Positions 13,140 to 24,371 of a stretch of 64,000 nucleotides of DNA are shown here, piece by piece. The notes beneath the pieces were generated by a model. It was not told the DNA's origin. It was given only the letters and a program-made list of their open reading frames with translations, and ran no database searches. This DNA comes from Octopus bimaculoides (Eukaryota): NCBI RefSeq assembly GCF_001194135.2, contig NC_069003.1, positions 28,779,225 to 28,843,224 of the forward strand, written 5' to 3'. The number at the start of each line of letters is the position of its first letter. Positions within the stretch are counted from its first letter, which is position 1. Both the position numbers and the translations under genes were made by a program.

Positions 13140-13224
13140 CATGACACTTCATGATCCCTGTGTAATGCATGTGTAAAATTTCATTAAAATCGGTTGGGTG
13201 GATCTCGAGTTTTAACGACAGGAT

Positions 13225-13277
<53 letters not shown>
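13140..13277 (+). mobile_element. Helentron-associated (HINE/DINE-1-like) element end with microsatellite
   Basis: aaatttcattaaaatcggtt...gagttttaacgacaggataaac followed by (CA)n(TA)n resembles the aaatttcatcaaaatcggt + microsatellite end of HINEs. Confidence 0.4.
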
Positions 13278-13654
13278 CTCATAATTTGCAAATAACAGAA
13301 GTGAAAGTAAACTGTATGGCGAATTTACATATTTGACACTTTCGAAACACCAGGATTAATAAAGTGTGTTGGTTCGTTTGCTCAGTGTACTATGCAACTT
13401 ATTACAATTTTGGTTACAAGACAAAAAAATCAAAAACAAAAACAAACAAAAACAAGAAACAAAACTAAACAAGCAATAGCTATGTTCTGTAGTGCAACTG
13501 AACAAAACACTTTTAACTCTATAATTTAATGGTCAAGCAAATTTCTATGTAGGTGATAAACCTATAAATTATGCTATAAAGTTTACTTTGATTTTGATAT
13601 CATTTGTTCTTATAAGTAACGTGTTTGAAACTAAGTGATGTTACTATGCAGTTT

Positions 13655-13686
13655 CTGACGAACACTGGGAAATTAGTTGAAACGTA
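13655..13686 (+). ncRNA. Degenerate minimal type I hammerhead ribozyme motif
   Basis: CTGACGA-a-c-actgg(gaaa)ttagt-t-GAAA-CGT-A. Core, stem II and palindromic ACGT stem III are present; stem I does not pair. Confidence 0.45.
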
Positions 13687-13842
13687 TGCAGTCATCCTAA
13701 CACATAGTATTGGTTGAAATCTTAAAACAATCCTCTATATTCGCATGGGATGTGTGTGTGTGTGTGTGTGTGTGTATTTATACATATGTTCGTACAACAT
13801 ATATTTGTCTGTGTGTGAGTGTAGACAACAGTGTGTTGTACG

Positions 13843-13945
<103 letters not shown>

Positions 13946-14499
13946 GTGTGGGTTGATTTCTACAAATGACGAATGATTGTTGATCCAAATACACACCAAT
14001 TATTTCAATTTCAAAAGAATTAGCTTTTGATTTTTGAAGGAATAAATTAGAGATGAAACGATACAGTAACTCCTATAAATATTGAAGTGATTTCTCAGAA
14101 TTAGACGCGCATTTCACTGAATTCCAGCCACTAACCCAACATACACTGAAACAACTGAACAATATTTTCTTCCACTGTCTTTTGATAGTTTTCATTGAAG
14201 TGTAATCAAAGGAATTCAATATAAAATCTGCTGTTTACAGGATATATCAATAGTTCTTTTGATCCGCCTAACTACATTCAATGATAGTTTGTGTTTTTTT
14301 ATTGCTAGGAGGGCTTTAGTCGAATGCATCGCTTACATTATTTGATTGGGTACTTTATTTTATAAGCATTGAAATGGGAAAAAGCTGAGCTAGCCTCAAC
14401 GATGTTTGAACATGAGTATGATAATTGTTGGAAAAAAAGTAGAGCAAAATTCTGTATCCAGACTTTCTAAACTTTCTGCCCTAGCATTTCCCTACTTCA

Positions 14500-14670
14500 T
14501 TATGGTTTCAAATTTTGACAAAAGCCTATAAATTTCGGGTTGGAGTTAAGTCAATTCCATGGACCGCAGTTCCTCACTAGTTCTTAACTTATTGACCCTG
14601 GAGGAATGAAAGTCAAAGTCATTTTCGGTGGAGTTTGAACTCAGAACTTAAAGACGGCTGAAATGTCGAT
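14500..14670 (-). mobile_element. SINE family A, degenerate
   Basis: ggtttcaaattttgacaaaagcc...gaatgaaagtcaaagtc...ggagtttgaactcagaac. Confidence 0.7.
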
Positions 14671-15414
14671 AATTCTATAAGTGTATGAATGTTAACATAA
14701 TATTGATTTCTAGTTTAGATATAATGCTACGTAGTTAGTAGGAGGTATCAGACTAATATATCGACCGCACTACTTGACTTATACTCTGAATCTTGAGATG
14801 ACAACAGACAGATATTATTTTGGAACAATTTGAACCTAAAACAACGTAAACAAACACCACAATATTCTTTGTAAAATGTTCGACCGATTCTGCAACTCCA
14901 TCACCCAAATGACTAATATATTACTAAATATTTTTATTGCTGCCAGAAGAAGTAAATACTTATTGCATATTCTGAGCTAAGATATGTTTAGTAAATAATA
15001 TATTAGGCTATTTAAAGAGCAGTTTAGGACTGAAAGTAGAAAACATAAAAAGAAACAACTGCAACGTTGTGCAAAGTCAGAGAAAGGTCGAAATTATAAA
15101 CACGAGGAATACTCATATATCTTCCCAGCTATAAATCAACTGTAAACGTTTCGTGATATTTGATAAACCATATAAAGATATTGGGTTTATTAAATGATGG
15201 AGTGCATACAAAAACTGTATTAAATCGATATTCAGTTCCAGACACCAATATTATGCATTTTGAATTAGAAATAATAGACCATAAAAGGACGAAAAAAGTT
15301 GTAGTTTGGAAATAATGGACGTAAAACGAATAGCAATGGTAATTGATAACTTGCGTAAAGATTCTTTACATCGAATATGTTCAATAAACGGGCCTGCGTG
15401 AGAGCTGTGCGTGC

Positions 15415-15580
15415 TTGGTTGCCCACTTAGAAATATTGGCCAATCTCCTAAAATCGTACCCTAATATCTTAAAAGAAAAACAGCCACATTGGCTAATGAC
15501 GTATTATATGCTCTATATTTGAAAATCAGCAAAAAGAGAAAAAGGCTAGTATGGTATCAGTTGGCTTGCTTTTGATCAGT
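15415..15580 (+). repeat. Interspersed repeat (family E; related copies about 10805-10880 and 52820-52900)
   Basis: Shared agaaat..ggccaa(a)tct...aaatc...taa..aaagga..cacattgg motif among the copies; class unknown. Confidence 0.4.
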
Positions 15581-15670
15581 ACTGCACTGCGCATCAAAAA
15601 GATTGTTCATAAGAACAGTGTAGTTCGCTTGAAGCATTGTAAGTACGAAAGTAGAAACAGAAAACGAAGA

Positions 15671-15875
15671 TAAAGAAAGCTTCTGACAATGCAAAACGTT
15701 TTACAACCTTTATATTTCAGGGAAGAAAGATCTCCCTTCAGAAGTAAGCAGTCCAAAAGAGGAAAAAGAATTATCGTTAATTTTTTTCTTGGACTGTTTC
15801 CTTCTGAAGATAGGATTTTCGGTTGAAATGTAAAGGTTTTTGTAAATCTTTCAACATTGTTTGAAGTTTTCTTTA
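15671..15875. mobile_element. Foldback element 1: about 100-bp inverted arms, each with a degenerate minimal hammerhead (Penelope-like)
   Basis: Arms 15671-15772 and 15779-15875 are reverse complements. Plus strand: cctt-CTGAAGA-taggattttcggtt-GAAA-tgt-A-aagg (15800-15836). Minus strand: ctt-CTGAAGG-gagatctttcttccct-GAAA-tat-A-aagg (core 15715-15741). Confidence 0.7.
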
Positions 15876-16391
15876 CTTTCCTTGTCTTTTTTCTACTAAT
15901 GCATTGTGTGTGAGTGTCTGTGTGTNNNNNNNNNNNNNNNNNNNNNNNNNNNNNNNNNNNNNNNNNNNNNNNNNNNNNNNNNNNNNNNNNNNNNNNNNNN
16001 NNNNNNNNNNNNNNNNNNNNNNNNNNNNNNNNNNNNNNNNNNNNNNNNNNNNNNNNNNNNNNNNNNNNNNNNNNNNNNNNNNNNNNNNNNNNNNNNNNNN
16101 NNNNNNNNNNNNNNNNNNNNNNNNNNNNNNNNNNNNNNNNNNNNNNNNNNNNNNNNNNNNNNNNNNNNNNNNNNNNNNNNNNNNNNNNNNNNNNNNNNNN
16201 NNNNNNNNNNNNNNNNNNNNNNNNNNNNNNNNNNNNNNNNNNNNNNNNNNNNNNNNNNNNNNNNNNNNNNNNNNNNNNNNNNNNNNNNNNNNNNNNNNNN
16301 NNNNNNNNNNNNNNNNNNNNNNNNNNNNNNNNNNNNNNNNNNNNNNNNNNNNNNNNNNNNNNNNNNNNNNNNNNNNNNNNNNNNNNNNNNN

Positions 16392-16707
16392 ACGGAACAG
16401 CCTGCTCGTCAAATTAACGTGCAAGTGGCTGAGCACTCCACAGACACGTGTACCCTTAACGTAGTTCTCGGGGATATTCAGCGTGACAAGGATGACCCTT
16501 TGAATTACATGTACAACAGAAACAGGAAGTAAGAGAAAGTTGTGGTGAAAGAGTACAGCAGGGCTCGCCACCAGTCCCTGCCGGAGCCTCGTGGAGCTTT
16601 CTGTGTTTTCGCTCAATAAACACTCACAACGCCCGGTTTGGGAATCGAAACCGTGATCCTATGACCGCGAGTCCGCTGCCCTAAGCACTGGGCCATTGCG
16701 CCCCCAC
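16392..16707 (-). mobile_element. SINE family B, near full length (3' end lost in gap)
   Basis: Minus-strand head gtgggggcgcaatggcccagtgcttagggcagcggactcgcggtcataggatcacggtttcgattcccaaaccggg has tRNA boxes A and B. Confidence 0.9.
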
Positions 16708-17648
16708 ATAGCAACAGTACCGTACTAGTTATAAAAACAGTTAGTCGTCGTCTGTCTAGGTTGTTGAAATGTATTACTTGTCTTTACTTTTACTGTTTAC
16801 TTTACATATAATAATAGCAGTGCCATTTGACTTAGTTCAATTAAACTATAGTGGACCAAAGCAACAGCGGATTCAACAATAACAACTCAAGCAATAAAAG
16901 CAGCAACAGCAACTACAAAACTTAAATGTACGAATGTGCAGAAGATCTAAATCTGTCTTTGTAACTTATTAATACAAAGCTAAAAGAAAACTAAATTTGA
17001 AATTTCTCTTATTTTTGCTTTGATTTCAGTTCATCACACTCGAATACGTTCTGAGGCTGTAGTTCTTGTGGTAAACGTCGTTACTTCTAATTTTGGTGTT
17101 TTTGCAGCTTCAGCTTTTATTCTAGTTGTTGTTGCTGCTGTAGCCGTTGTCGATGTCTGTCTTTTGCTTTTGCCGATCTTGTTACTAACGCTGCTGCTGT
17201 CGTTCCTGCTGTTCTTGTTTCTGTTGCTACTGTTACAGTCGATTGGTGTAGCTGTTTCTGTAGCAGGGTGTAAATTTTTATTTTTGATTTCTCAACACTT
17301 TCGTTATCGATGTTTAGCTTCATGTCAGCTCTGATCTTGTCACAGCATAATCAATGTCTTTACAGCCACCACCAATCTCCATATTTATACGTCAGCGACT
17401 ATTTTGCTAATGTCTTCTTCCTTTCAATGGCAGCGAAGTGTGATTTGAGAGACAGTTTGCTTGCTAATCTTAGCAAATTAAGTTTCCACGTAAAGCTTGT
17501 CTCGTTGGTTCATAATCGAAATAATTAAATGACACGATGGGAGCTAATATAATTTGTTAATGAGGTTCGTAAAGTTAGTGGAATATTAGTTTTAATTCTG
17601 TGGGGTTTCCTATTGCTGGTCTTCTGCACAAGGGTATTCAGTTTGCAA

Positions 17649-17699
<51 letters not shown>
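17649..17699. repeat. (TAG)17 microsatellite
   Basis: Direct inspection. Confidence 0.95.
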
Positions 17700-17701
<2 letters not shown>

Positions 17702-17729
17702 ATGATGAAGACGATGATGAGGTAATGAT

Positions 17730-17873
17730 ATTGAGATCGGTGCACTTGGCACCATCTCAAATGGAGCAATATGCTGGCATCGAATATTGCAAATACCAAA
17801 CATATCAGGAAATATTGAGTTGGCAGCCATACTTAGAACAGTTCATACGTTGTAGAAAGTGTTGCATCTCTAA
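17730..17873 (+). mobile_element. R4/Dong-like non-LTR retrotransposon, extreme C-terminus
   Basis: IEIGALGTIS...LQIP...IELAAILRTVHTL*KVLHL* matches the IGALG...QKAALLGTAHILRKVL end of restriction-like endonuclease (RLE) elements. Confidence 0.7.
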
Positions 17874-18051
17874 GCTGTGGAGTGCAGCTGAGACGTAACA
17901 TAGTAAATCAGGAAAAGTTAAGTGAATAAATAAATAAATAAATATTAACATTGATGATTTGATTCAGATTCGTTCTTATTCCTGGTAGAATTTATGTGAG
18001 TAGCGGGTTATTAGTCGTAACCTTAGATATCCACAAGCTTTCAGTACTGTT

Positions 18052-18350
18052 TCAAGTGACTAAGACTCGCCTGATAATCTTTCCTGTCAATAATAGACAA
18101 ACTTACTGTAAGAGTTCTACAGGGGACATTCTATTCTAATCCCCTTCAACCATTTCTCAATAACTGTACTTACAGTTCCCAATGCACCAATTACCACAGG
18201 CACAACATTCACAGTTTGCATACTCCAAATACTTGAAATTTCAAATTTTGAGGGATTATATATTTTTTACCGTTCATCCTCTTTCTTCTCAATCCCGGAA
18301 TAAGACGGACATGATGGATCAATTAATAAGCAACGTCCCATTTCCTAGTC
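18052..18350 (-). mobile_element. R4/Dong-like non-LTR retrotransposon, restriction-like endonuclease C-terminal fossil
   Basis: D*EMGRCLLIDPSCP...IEKKEDER*KIY...FEISSIWSMQTVNVVPVVIGALGTVSTVIEKWLKGI...ELLQ*VCLLLTGKIIRRVL*. Confidence 0.9.
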
Positions 18351-18385
18351 GATTATTATTGTTAATATTATTATTGGCTGCGAGA

Positions 18386-18733
18386 GCAGTGCATACCATC
18401 AAAGTGACACTGGGGTAAAATATACAAAGCCCAGTATACCCATCATGAGTACCTGTCTGATGAGGGTACACCAGGCACATGCATCACAACCGTATGTGGG
18501 CGACATTGACATCTCATATCAAGATAAACAGCGCATGAACTTGCAGGTGATGCCCAGTTAGAATTTTCTTCAGACCGAGTAGCCCATCCCACTTAAAAGG
18601 TCCCTGTATAAGGGTTGCTTAAGGATGTTGAATGAAACGCCCATGTTTTTAGAGGTGAACTATTCACACCCCAAAGAATTCCTCTCGACACATGGTTATG
18701 ATGCTACCCCACTATTTCTGCTCGTAATCAGAG
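18386..18733. repeat. Interspersed repeat fragment (family D, recalled as a common Octopus repeat)
   Basis: GC-richer block (cccagtatacccatcatg...gggtacaccaggcacatgcatcacaacc...). Recognition is from memory only; single copy in this window. Confidence 0.5.
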
Positions 18734-20816
18734 TACCGGCCTAATTAATCTGGTGATGGTACTAAGCCAAATAACGGGATGCCAAGTGACAGGAATTACT
18801 ATAAGAAAAACATCTATACAGAGAAGCGTTCAGGACAGAAAATGACTCCGAAACGTAACAGGTAAATTTTTGACGAAATGCCAAACTAATAAAAACAACG
18901 CTGGAATATTTTTGAATGAAGAAAATAAAGTAACATTAATAAATATTTTGATGTGCCTTTGGTGCACTCCTATTTCTTTTGCTTTCCTTCGTTTTCTCTC
19001 TGACACTCCAGCAATAGCTGGAATTCTATGCGTTAGCTAGTTAGAATCTATCACTTACTTCGGGATATCTGGTTCTGATAGGGGAAGGGTCTTTTTTTTT
19101 TTTGCAGACAGGAGGTATGGTCTGCATGCTTTCAGCGTTAAGGGCCCCATTATGTTCACCCGAGAACCGAATGGCGCTATTAACTACAGCGTAGATATTA
19201 AGTTTGTTGTTCCAAAATAAGAATAACTGGAGGAATAAATATACAACATTAGACAAATATTTTGCACGATCAGATCTGAATGGGGATTAAGCAAAGCATA
19301 ATATTTAGAAAGGTATCATTGTTCTGCAGGGAAAAATAATTGCTTGTCAATAATTACGGGTTTGAATAACTCCACGTAAATATTTGACACTGGAAGAGCC
19401 ATGAGGTTTAAAACACTTACGCATATAAGATAATTGTCTTCAGTCGAAATGAAATGAAATTTTTGGAAAGCAGTTCGTGACAGTAACAATTATTTTTCTG
19501 TATATTACCGCATGAATTGTTTCTTTTTAATGCTACTCAGAAATGATACCCGAAGCGTGTAACAGATTCCATTATCATATATCTAATGCACGTATTATTT
19601 TCCTCTGACTGTTTTCTTTATTTTTGTATCTTCATTGAGGATATATATTTAATGATATGGAATTGTCAGGCATGATAAATAAACTTTTATAATGTATGCT
19701 GAATTCCCTTTCTTGCTTCTGAAGCAGTGACAAACTAATTAAAATTTATGACTTATATATATATATATATGTATATGTGCGCGTGCGCGCGTGAGTGCGT
19801 GTGTGCGTGCGTGCGTGCATGTGTACGTGTGCATTTTACACATATAAAACAAAAAGACTTATACTGAAAATGTATACATTGAACCATTTTAAAGTCACGC
19901 TTCAAAAGTTTTCAGATGTGCGTTGTTGGATAGAATTCAAATTTACATCATTTGATATTTCCTCATATTCTTTAAGAAAAAAAGAAACGATTTCCAATGC
20001 TTTTACTTGACTTTGTCTCACGTATTATACTTTGAGCACTGATATANNNNNNNNNNNNNNNNNNNNNNNNNNNNNNNNNNNNNNNNNNNNNNNNNNNNNN
20101 NNNNNNNNNNNNNNNNNNNNNNNNNNNNNNNNNNNNNNNNNNNNNNNNNNNNNNNNNNNNNNNNNNNNNNNNNNNNNNNNNNNNNNNNNNNNNNNNNNNN
20201 NNNNNNNNNNNNNNNNNNNNNNNNNNNNNNNNNNNNNNNNNNNNNNNNNNNNNNNNNNNNNNNNNNNNNNNNNNNNNNNNNNNNNNNNNNNNNNNNNNNN
20301 NNNNNNNNNNNNNNNNNNNNNNNNNNNNNNNNNNNNNNNNNNNNNNNNNNNNNNNNNNNNNNNNNNNNNNNNNNNNNNNNNNNNNNNNNNNNNNNNNNNN
20401 NNNNNNNNNNNNNNNNNNNNNNNNNNNNNNNNNNNNNNNNNNNNNNNNNNNNNNNNNNNNGGGAAAAAGGGGCAGTTCGATCAAAAGGGATCGAAAAAAA
20501 AAAGAAAAGGAAAGGCCGATCAATAGGGATCGTGTATCACACAGTAATGTTCTCGTGTAAAAAGAGGGGAGGACAGTTTAGGTTTAGCCGTGGAAGGAAA
20601 AGCCCACGGAAAAGACCACGGTAACCTTGGTCAATATTCTCATTGAAGAAACTATAACAGTAAGTGACTCTCTTTTGCCTTTTTGTTTTATTATTTTTTT
20701 CTTGTTCATAGGGTTATGCTCAAGATGGCTCCGTCGTTCACACGTGCCATCCTTGCTACATTCACCCATCTTTTTTTGAAGCATAGATAGATAGATAGAT
20801 AAATAGATAGATCCTA

Positions 20817-21091
20817 TTAACGGAACACCCTGATCGTGAAATTGACGTGCATGTGGCTGAGCACTCTACAGACACGTGTACTCTAAACGTAGTCCTCAGA
20901 GAGATTCAGTGTGACATAGAGTGCTTCAAGGCAGGTCGTTTGGAATACAGGTACTACTCATTTCTTCCAACTGTATGGACTGGAGTAACGTGAAATAAAA
21001 TGTCTTGTTCAAGGACATAACGCGTGGCCGGGAATTGAACTCACGACTTTAGAATCGTTAGCAGAATACCCCAACTCCTTAGCTACACGCC
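20817..21091 (-). mobile_element. SINE family B2 (tRNA head + CORE-like domain + family B tail)
   Basis: Minus head ggcgtgtagctaaggag...gtgagttcaattcccggcc, then gttatgtccttgaacaagacatttt (compare CORE gtgaccttgggcaagtcactt). The tail 20817-20952 is shared with family B. Confidence 0.8.
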
Positions 21092-21094
21092 TGC

Positions 21095-21345
21095 GTGTGT
21101 GTCTGTGTGTATGTGTGTACTATCTGTGTTTGTCGCCAGGGCCACCACTTCACAAACTGTGTGGGTGTATTTACATTCGCCGTAACTTAAAGGTTCAGCA
21201 AAATGCAACTATGGAATAAGAACCAGGCTTGAAATAAACTGGGGACGATTCATTTGACCAAAAACTCATCAATCCTGCGTCACGGTAAAACTGCACTATA
21301 ATGAGTGAAACAAGTAAAAGATAAAAGATGGAAGATAAAAGATAA
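21095..21345 (+). mobile_element. SINE family C, degenerate 3' half
   Basis: tgtgtttgtc...cgtaactta...gaataagaaccaggctt...tgaaacaagtaaaagataaaagat tail. Confidence 0.75.
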
Positions 21346-23025
21346 ACATTAAATATAACTTTGTTATTAAAAACAAGAATTTTCTTGCGAAAACTCTTCC
21401 ATTACTAATATCAACACTCTGGAACCTCAAATAACTTTTATATAAAGAACAAATATTACATCAGTTAACTTATAAACTCATTCCAACGTAGATACTAAAA
21501 TATAATTCTACATTTATATATATGTATATTAAACACTGTGCTACGATATTTAACAATCAAAATGACTACTTTCATTACTTTCATTACTTTCATCCTGTCC
21601 AATTAAGTGATGTTATCTACCGAAATATCGGACAGATTTGTCGCCATTAAAGACATAATCAGAAATATAAGCGACCAGCAAAATATAAATTTGTATCTGT
21701 TATTCTCTGATCTCTTCTAAGTAATTACTCCCTTAATATATATATATATATANNNNNNNNNNNNNNNNNNNNNNNNNNNNNNNNNNNNNNNNNNNNNNNN
21801 NNNNNNNNNNNNNNNNNNNNNNNNNNNNNNNNNNNNNNNNNNNNNNNNNNNNNNNNNNNNNNNNNNNNNNNNNNNNNNNNNNNNNNNNNNNNNNNNNNNN
21901 NNNNNNNNNNNNNNNNNNNNNNNNNNNNNNNNNNNNNNNNNNNNNNNNNNNNNNNNNNNNNNNNNNNNNNNNNNNNNNNNNNNNNNNNNNNNNNNNNNNN
22001 NNNNNNNNNNNNNNNNNNNNNNNNNNNNNNNNNNNNNNNNNNNNNNNNNNNNNNNNNNNNNNNNNNNNNNNNNNNNNNNNNNNNNNNNNNNNNNNNNNNN
22101 NNNNNNNNNNNNNNNNNNNNNNNNNNNNNNNNNNNNNNNNNNNNNNNNNNNNNNNNNNNNNNNNNNNNNNNNNNNNNNNNNNNNNNNNNNNNNNNNNNNN
22201 NNNNNNNNNNNNNNNNNNNNNNNNNNNNNNNNNNNNNNNNNNNNNNNNNNNNNNNNNNNNNNNNNNNNNNNNNNNNNNNNNNNNNNNNNNNNNNNNNNNN
22301 NNNNNNNNNNNNNNNNNNNNNNNNNNNNNNNNNNNNNNNNNNNNNNNNNNNNNNNNNNNNNNNNNNNNNNNNNNNNNNNNNNNNNNNNNNNNNNNNNNNN
22401 NNNNNNNNNNNNNNNNNNNNNNNNNNNNNNNNNNNNNNNNNNNNNNNNNNNNNNNNNNNNNNNNNNNNNNNNNNNNNNNNNNNNNNNNNNNNNNNNNNNN
22501 NNNNNNNNNNNNNNNNNNNNNNNNNNNNNNNNNNNNNNNNNNNNNNNNNNNNNNNNNNNNNNNNNNNNNNNNNNNNNNNNNNNNNNNNNNNNNNNNNNNN
22601 NNNNNNNNNNNNNNNNNNNNNNNNNNNNNNNNNNNNNNNNNNNNNNNNNNNNNNNNNNNNNNNNNNNNNNNNNNNNNNNNNNNNNNNNNNNNNNNNNNNN
22701 NNNNATGTATGTGAGTAGAAGTAGATTTGTGGTTCAATATCAAAACGTAATGAATTTATTTGAATAATGTGAAATCTTTGAAAGTTACTTCTTAATTCTA
22801 ATTCAAAATTACGAATTTTGATGCAAATTTTCAATTATTTTTCTTTCGATATTTCCATTCTGTTACATGTTTGGATAATTTATCTTAGACACATCGGTTC
22901 GGAAATTGTGGATCAGTGAATTCTTTTATAAAACTATTCTTAGATATGTTAGAATTATTTATAATATGATTCATGTAACGACATATGATTATTTCCTTTT
23001 CCAGACACCCCCTAAAGAATGTTAG

Positions 23026-23237
23026 TATTCTTTTCTACTCTAGGTACAAGGCTCGACATTTTTGGGGAGGGCGGGGCAGTCGATTAGATCGACCCCAGTA
23101 CGCAACTGGTACTTAAGTTGTCGAGCCCGAGAGGCAAAGTCGACCTCGGTGGAATTTGAACTAAGAACGTAAAGACAGACGAAATACCGCAATGCATTTT
23201 ACCCGGCGCGCTAACGTCTCTGCCAACTCACCGCCTT
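23026..23237 (-). mobile_element. SINE family A, full-length
   Basis: Reverse complement of the 4643 unit, from the aaggcggtgagttggcagag head to the agtagaaaagaata end. Confidence 0.9.
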
Positions 23238-23505
23238 CTTAACCATGATAATATTAACAAAGGTAGGATTCTGCCTAAGAAAAAACATCATTGATAATGA
23301 CATTCTAATTTTGTAAATTATTACCAACATTAATATTTTACTTGACATAACATATTGTCCATTTGAATATTATATTCAGCAGAATATATTAATTTATACG
23401 TGATGTTTGTTGCCACTTAATCATGGCAGCTATAAAGAAACCGATGTTAATGATATTTTTAGCCTCAGGACGACGCCTTCTCCAGCTGGTTATTCGATTC
23501 AATCT

Positions 23506-23934
23506 GCACCCGATATATATTGCAAGCAGTGAACTCCTACAAGCTTCCCGCCACGGAACCACCAGACGGTACGGTTTCGCGCTCTTTGAGGTCATCCTGG
23601 GTAGCTGATACTCGCCTGCTTCAGATAGCAGTAGATTATCCAGCTCGCAATATTTAGAAATCAAGTGGGAGACACATTCACTGATATTGCAACAATCAAA
23701 TTAGCTAGTTAGAAAATCTCTATAGGAGATGAAAGCAGTAACTATACTGAGAAGTAACCTCTATTGCCACTTAAACATAGCTGTTCCGTAAGAACCGATG
23801 TTACCTCTATCTCTAGCGGGTGAGTATCCACCAACGGGGATGACCAAAAAGAAGTCAAAACCGTACTGCCTGGTGATGACGAGGCTGGAACATTGCAAGG
23901 GTTCACTCTCTTGCTTGCAATACATATCGGGTGC
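23506..23934. mobile_element. Foldback element 2: about 125-bp inverted arms, each with a degenerate hammerhead (Penelope-like)
   Basis: 23506-23628 is the reverse complement of 23807-23934. Hammerhead remnants lie at 23559-23606 (minus) and 23828-23876 (plus). A third partial direct copy at 23410-23450 matches 23764-23802. Confidence 0.75.
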
Positions 23935-24050
23935 TGTCCCACTGCGTCGTATCTTGGGCAAGTGTCTTCTACTATAGCCTCAGGCCGACCAAAGCCTTGT
24001 GAGTGAATTTGATAGACGGAAACTGAAAGAAGCCCGTCGTATATATGTAC

Positions 24051-24105
<55 letters not shown>

Positions 24106-24330
24106 CGTGTGTATGTGTGTGTGTATATGTTGTGTATCTGTGTTTGTCCTCCAACATCGCTTGACAACCGATGCTGGTGTGTTTGCGTCCCCGTACACTA
24201 GCGGTTCGGCAAAAGAGACCAATAGAATAAGTACTAGGCTTACACAGAATAAGTCCTGGGGTCGATTTGATTCGACTAAAGGCCGTGCACCAGCATGGTC
24301 GCAGTCAAATGACTGAAACAAGTATAAGAA
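23935..24330 (+). mobile_element. SINE family C lacking the 5'-most head, with internal (TA)n(GT)n
   Basis: gtcccactgcg, CORE-like tcttgggcaagtgtctt, internal microsatellite, tail ending gcagtcaaatgactgaaacaag. Confidence 0.9.
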
Positions 24331-24335
24331 TCAAA

Positions 24336-24371
<36 letters not shown>

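Noticed and set aside
17275-17335. Minus-strand ctgacatgaagcta...taacgaaa hammerhead-like string
   Set aside because: Needs a 2-nt insertion in the core and has no stem III.
18457-18480. CTGATGAG in repeat family D
   Set aside because: No downstream GAAA or stem II/III.
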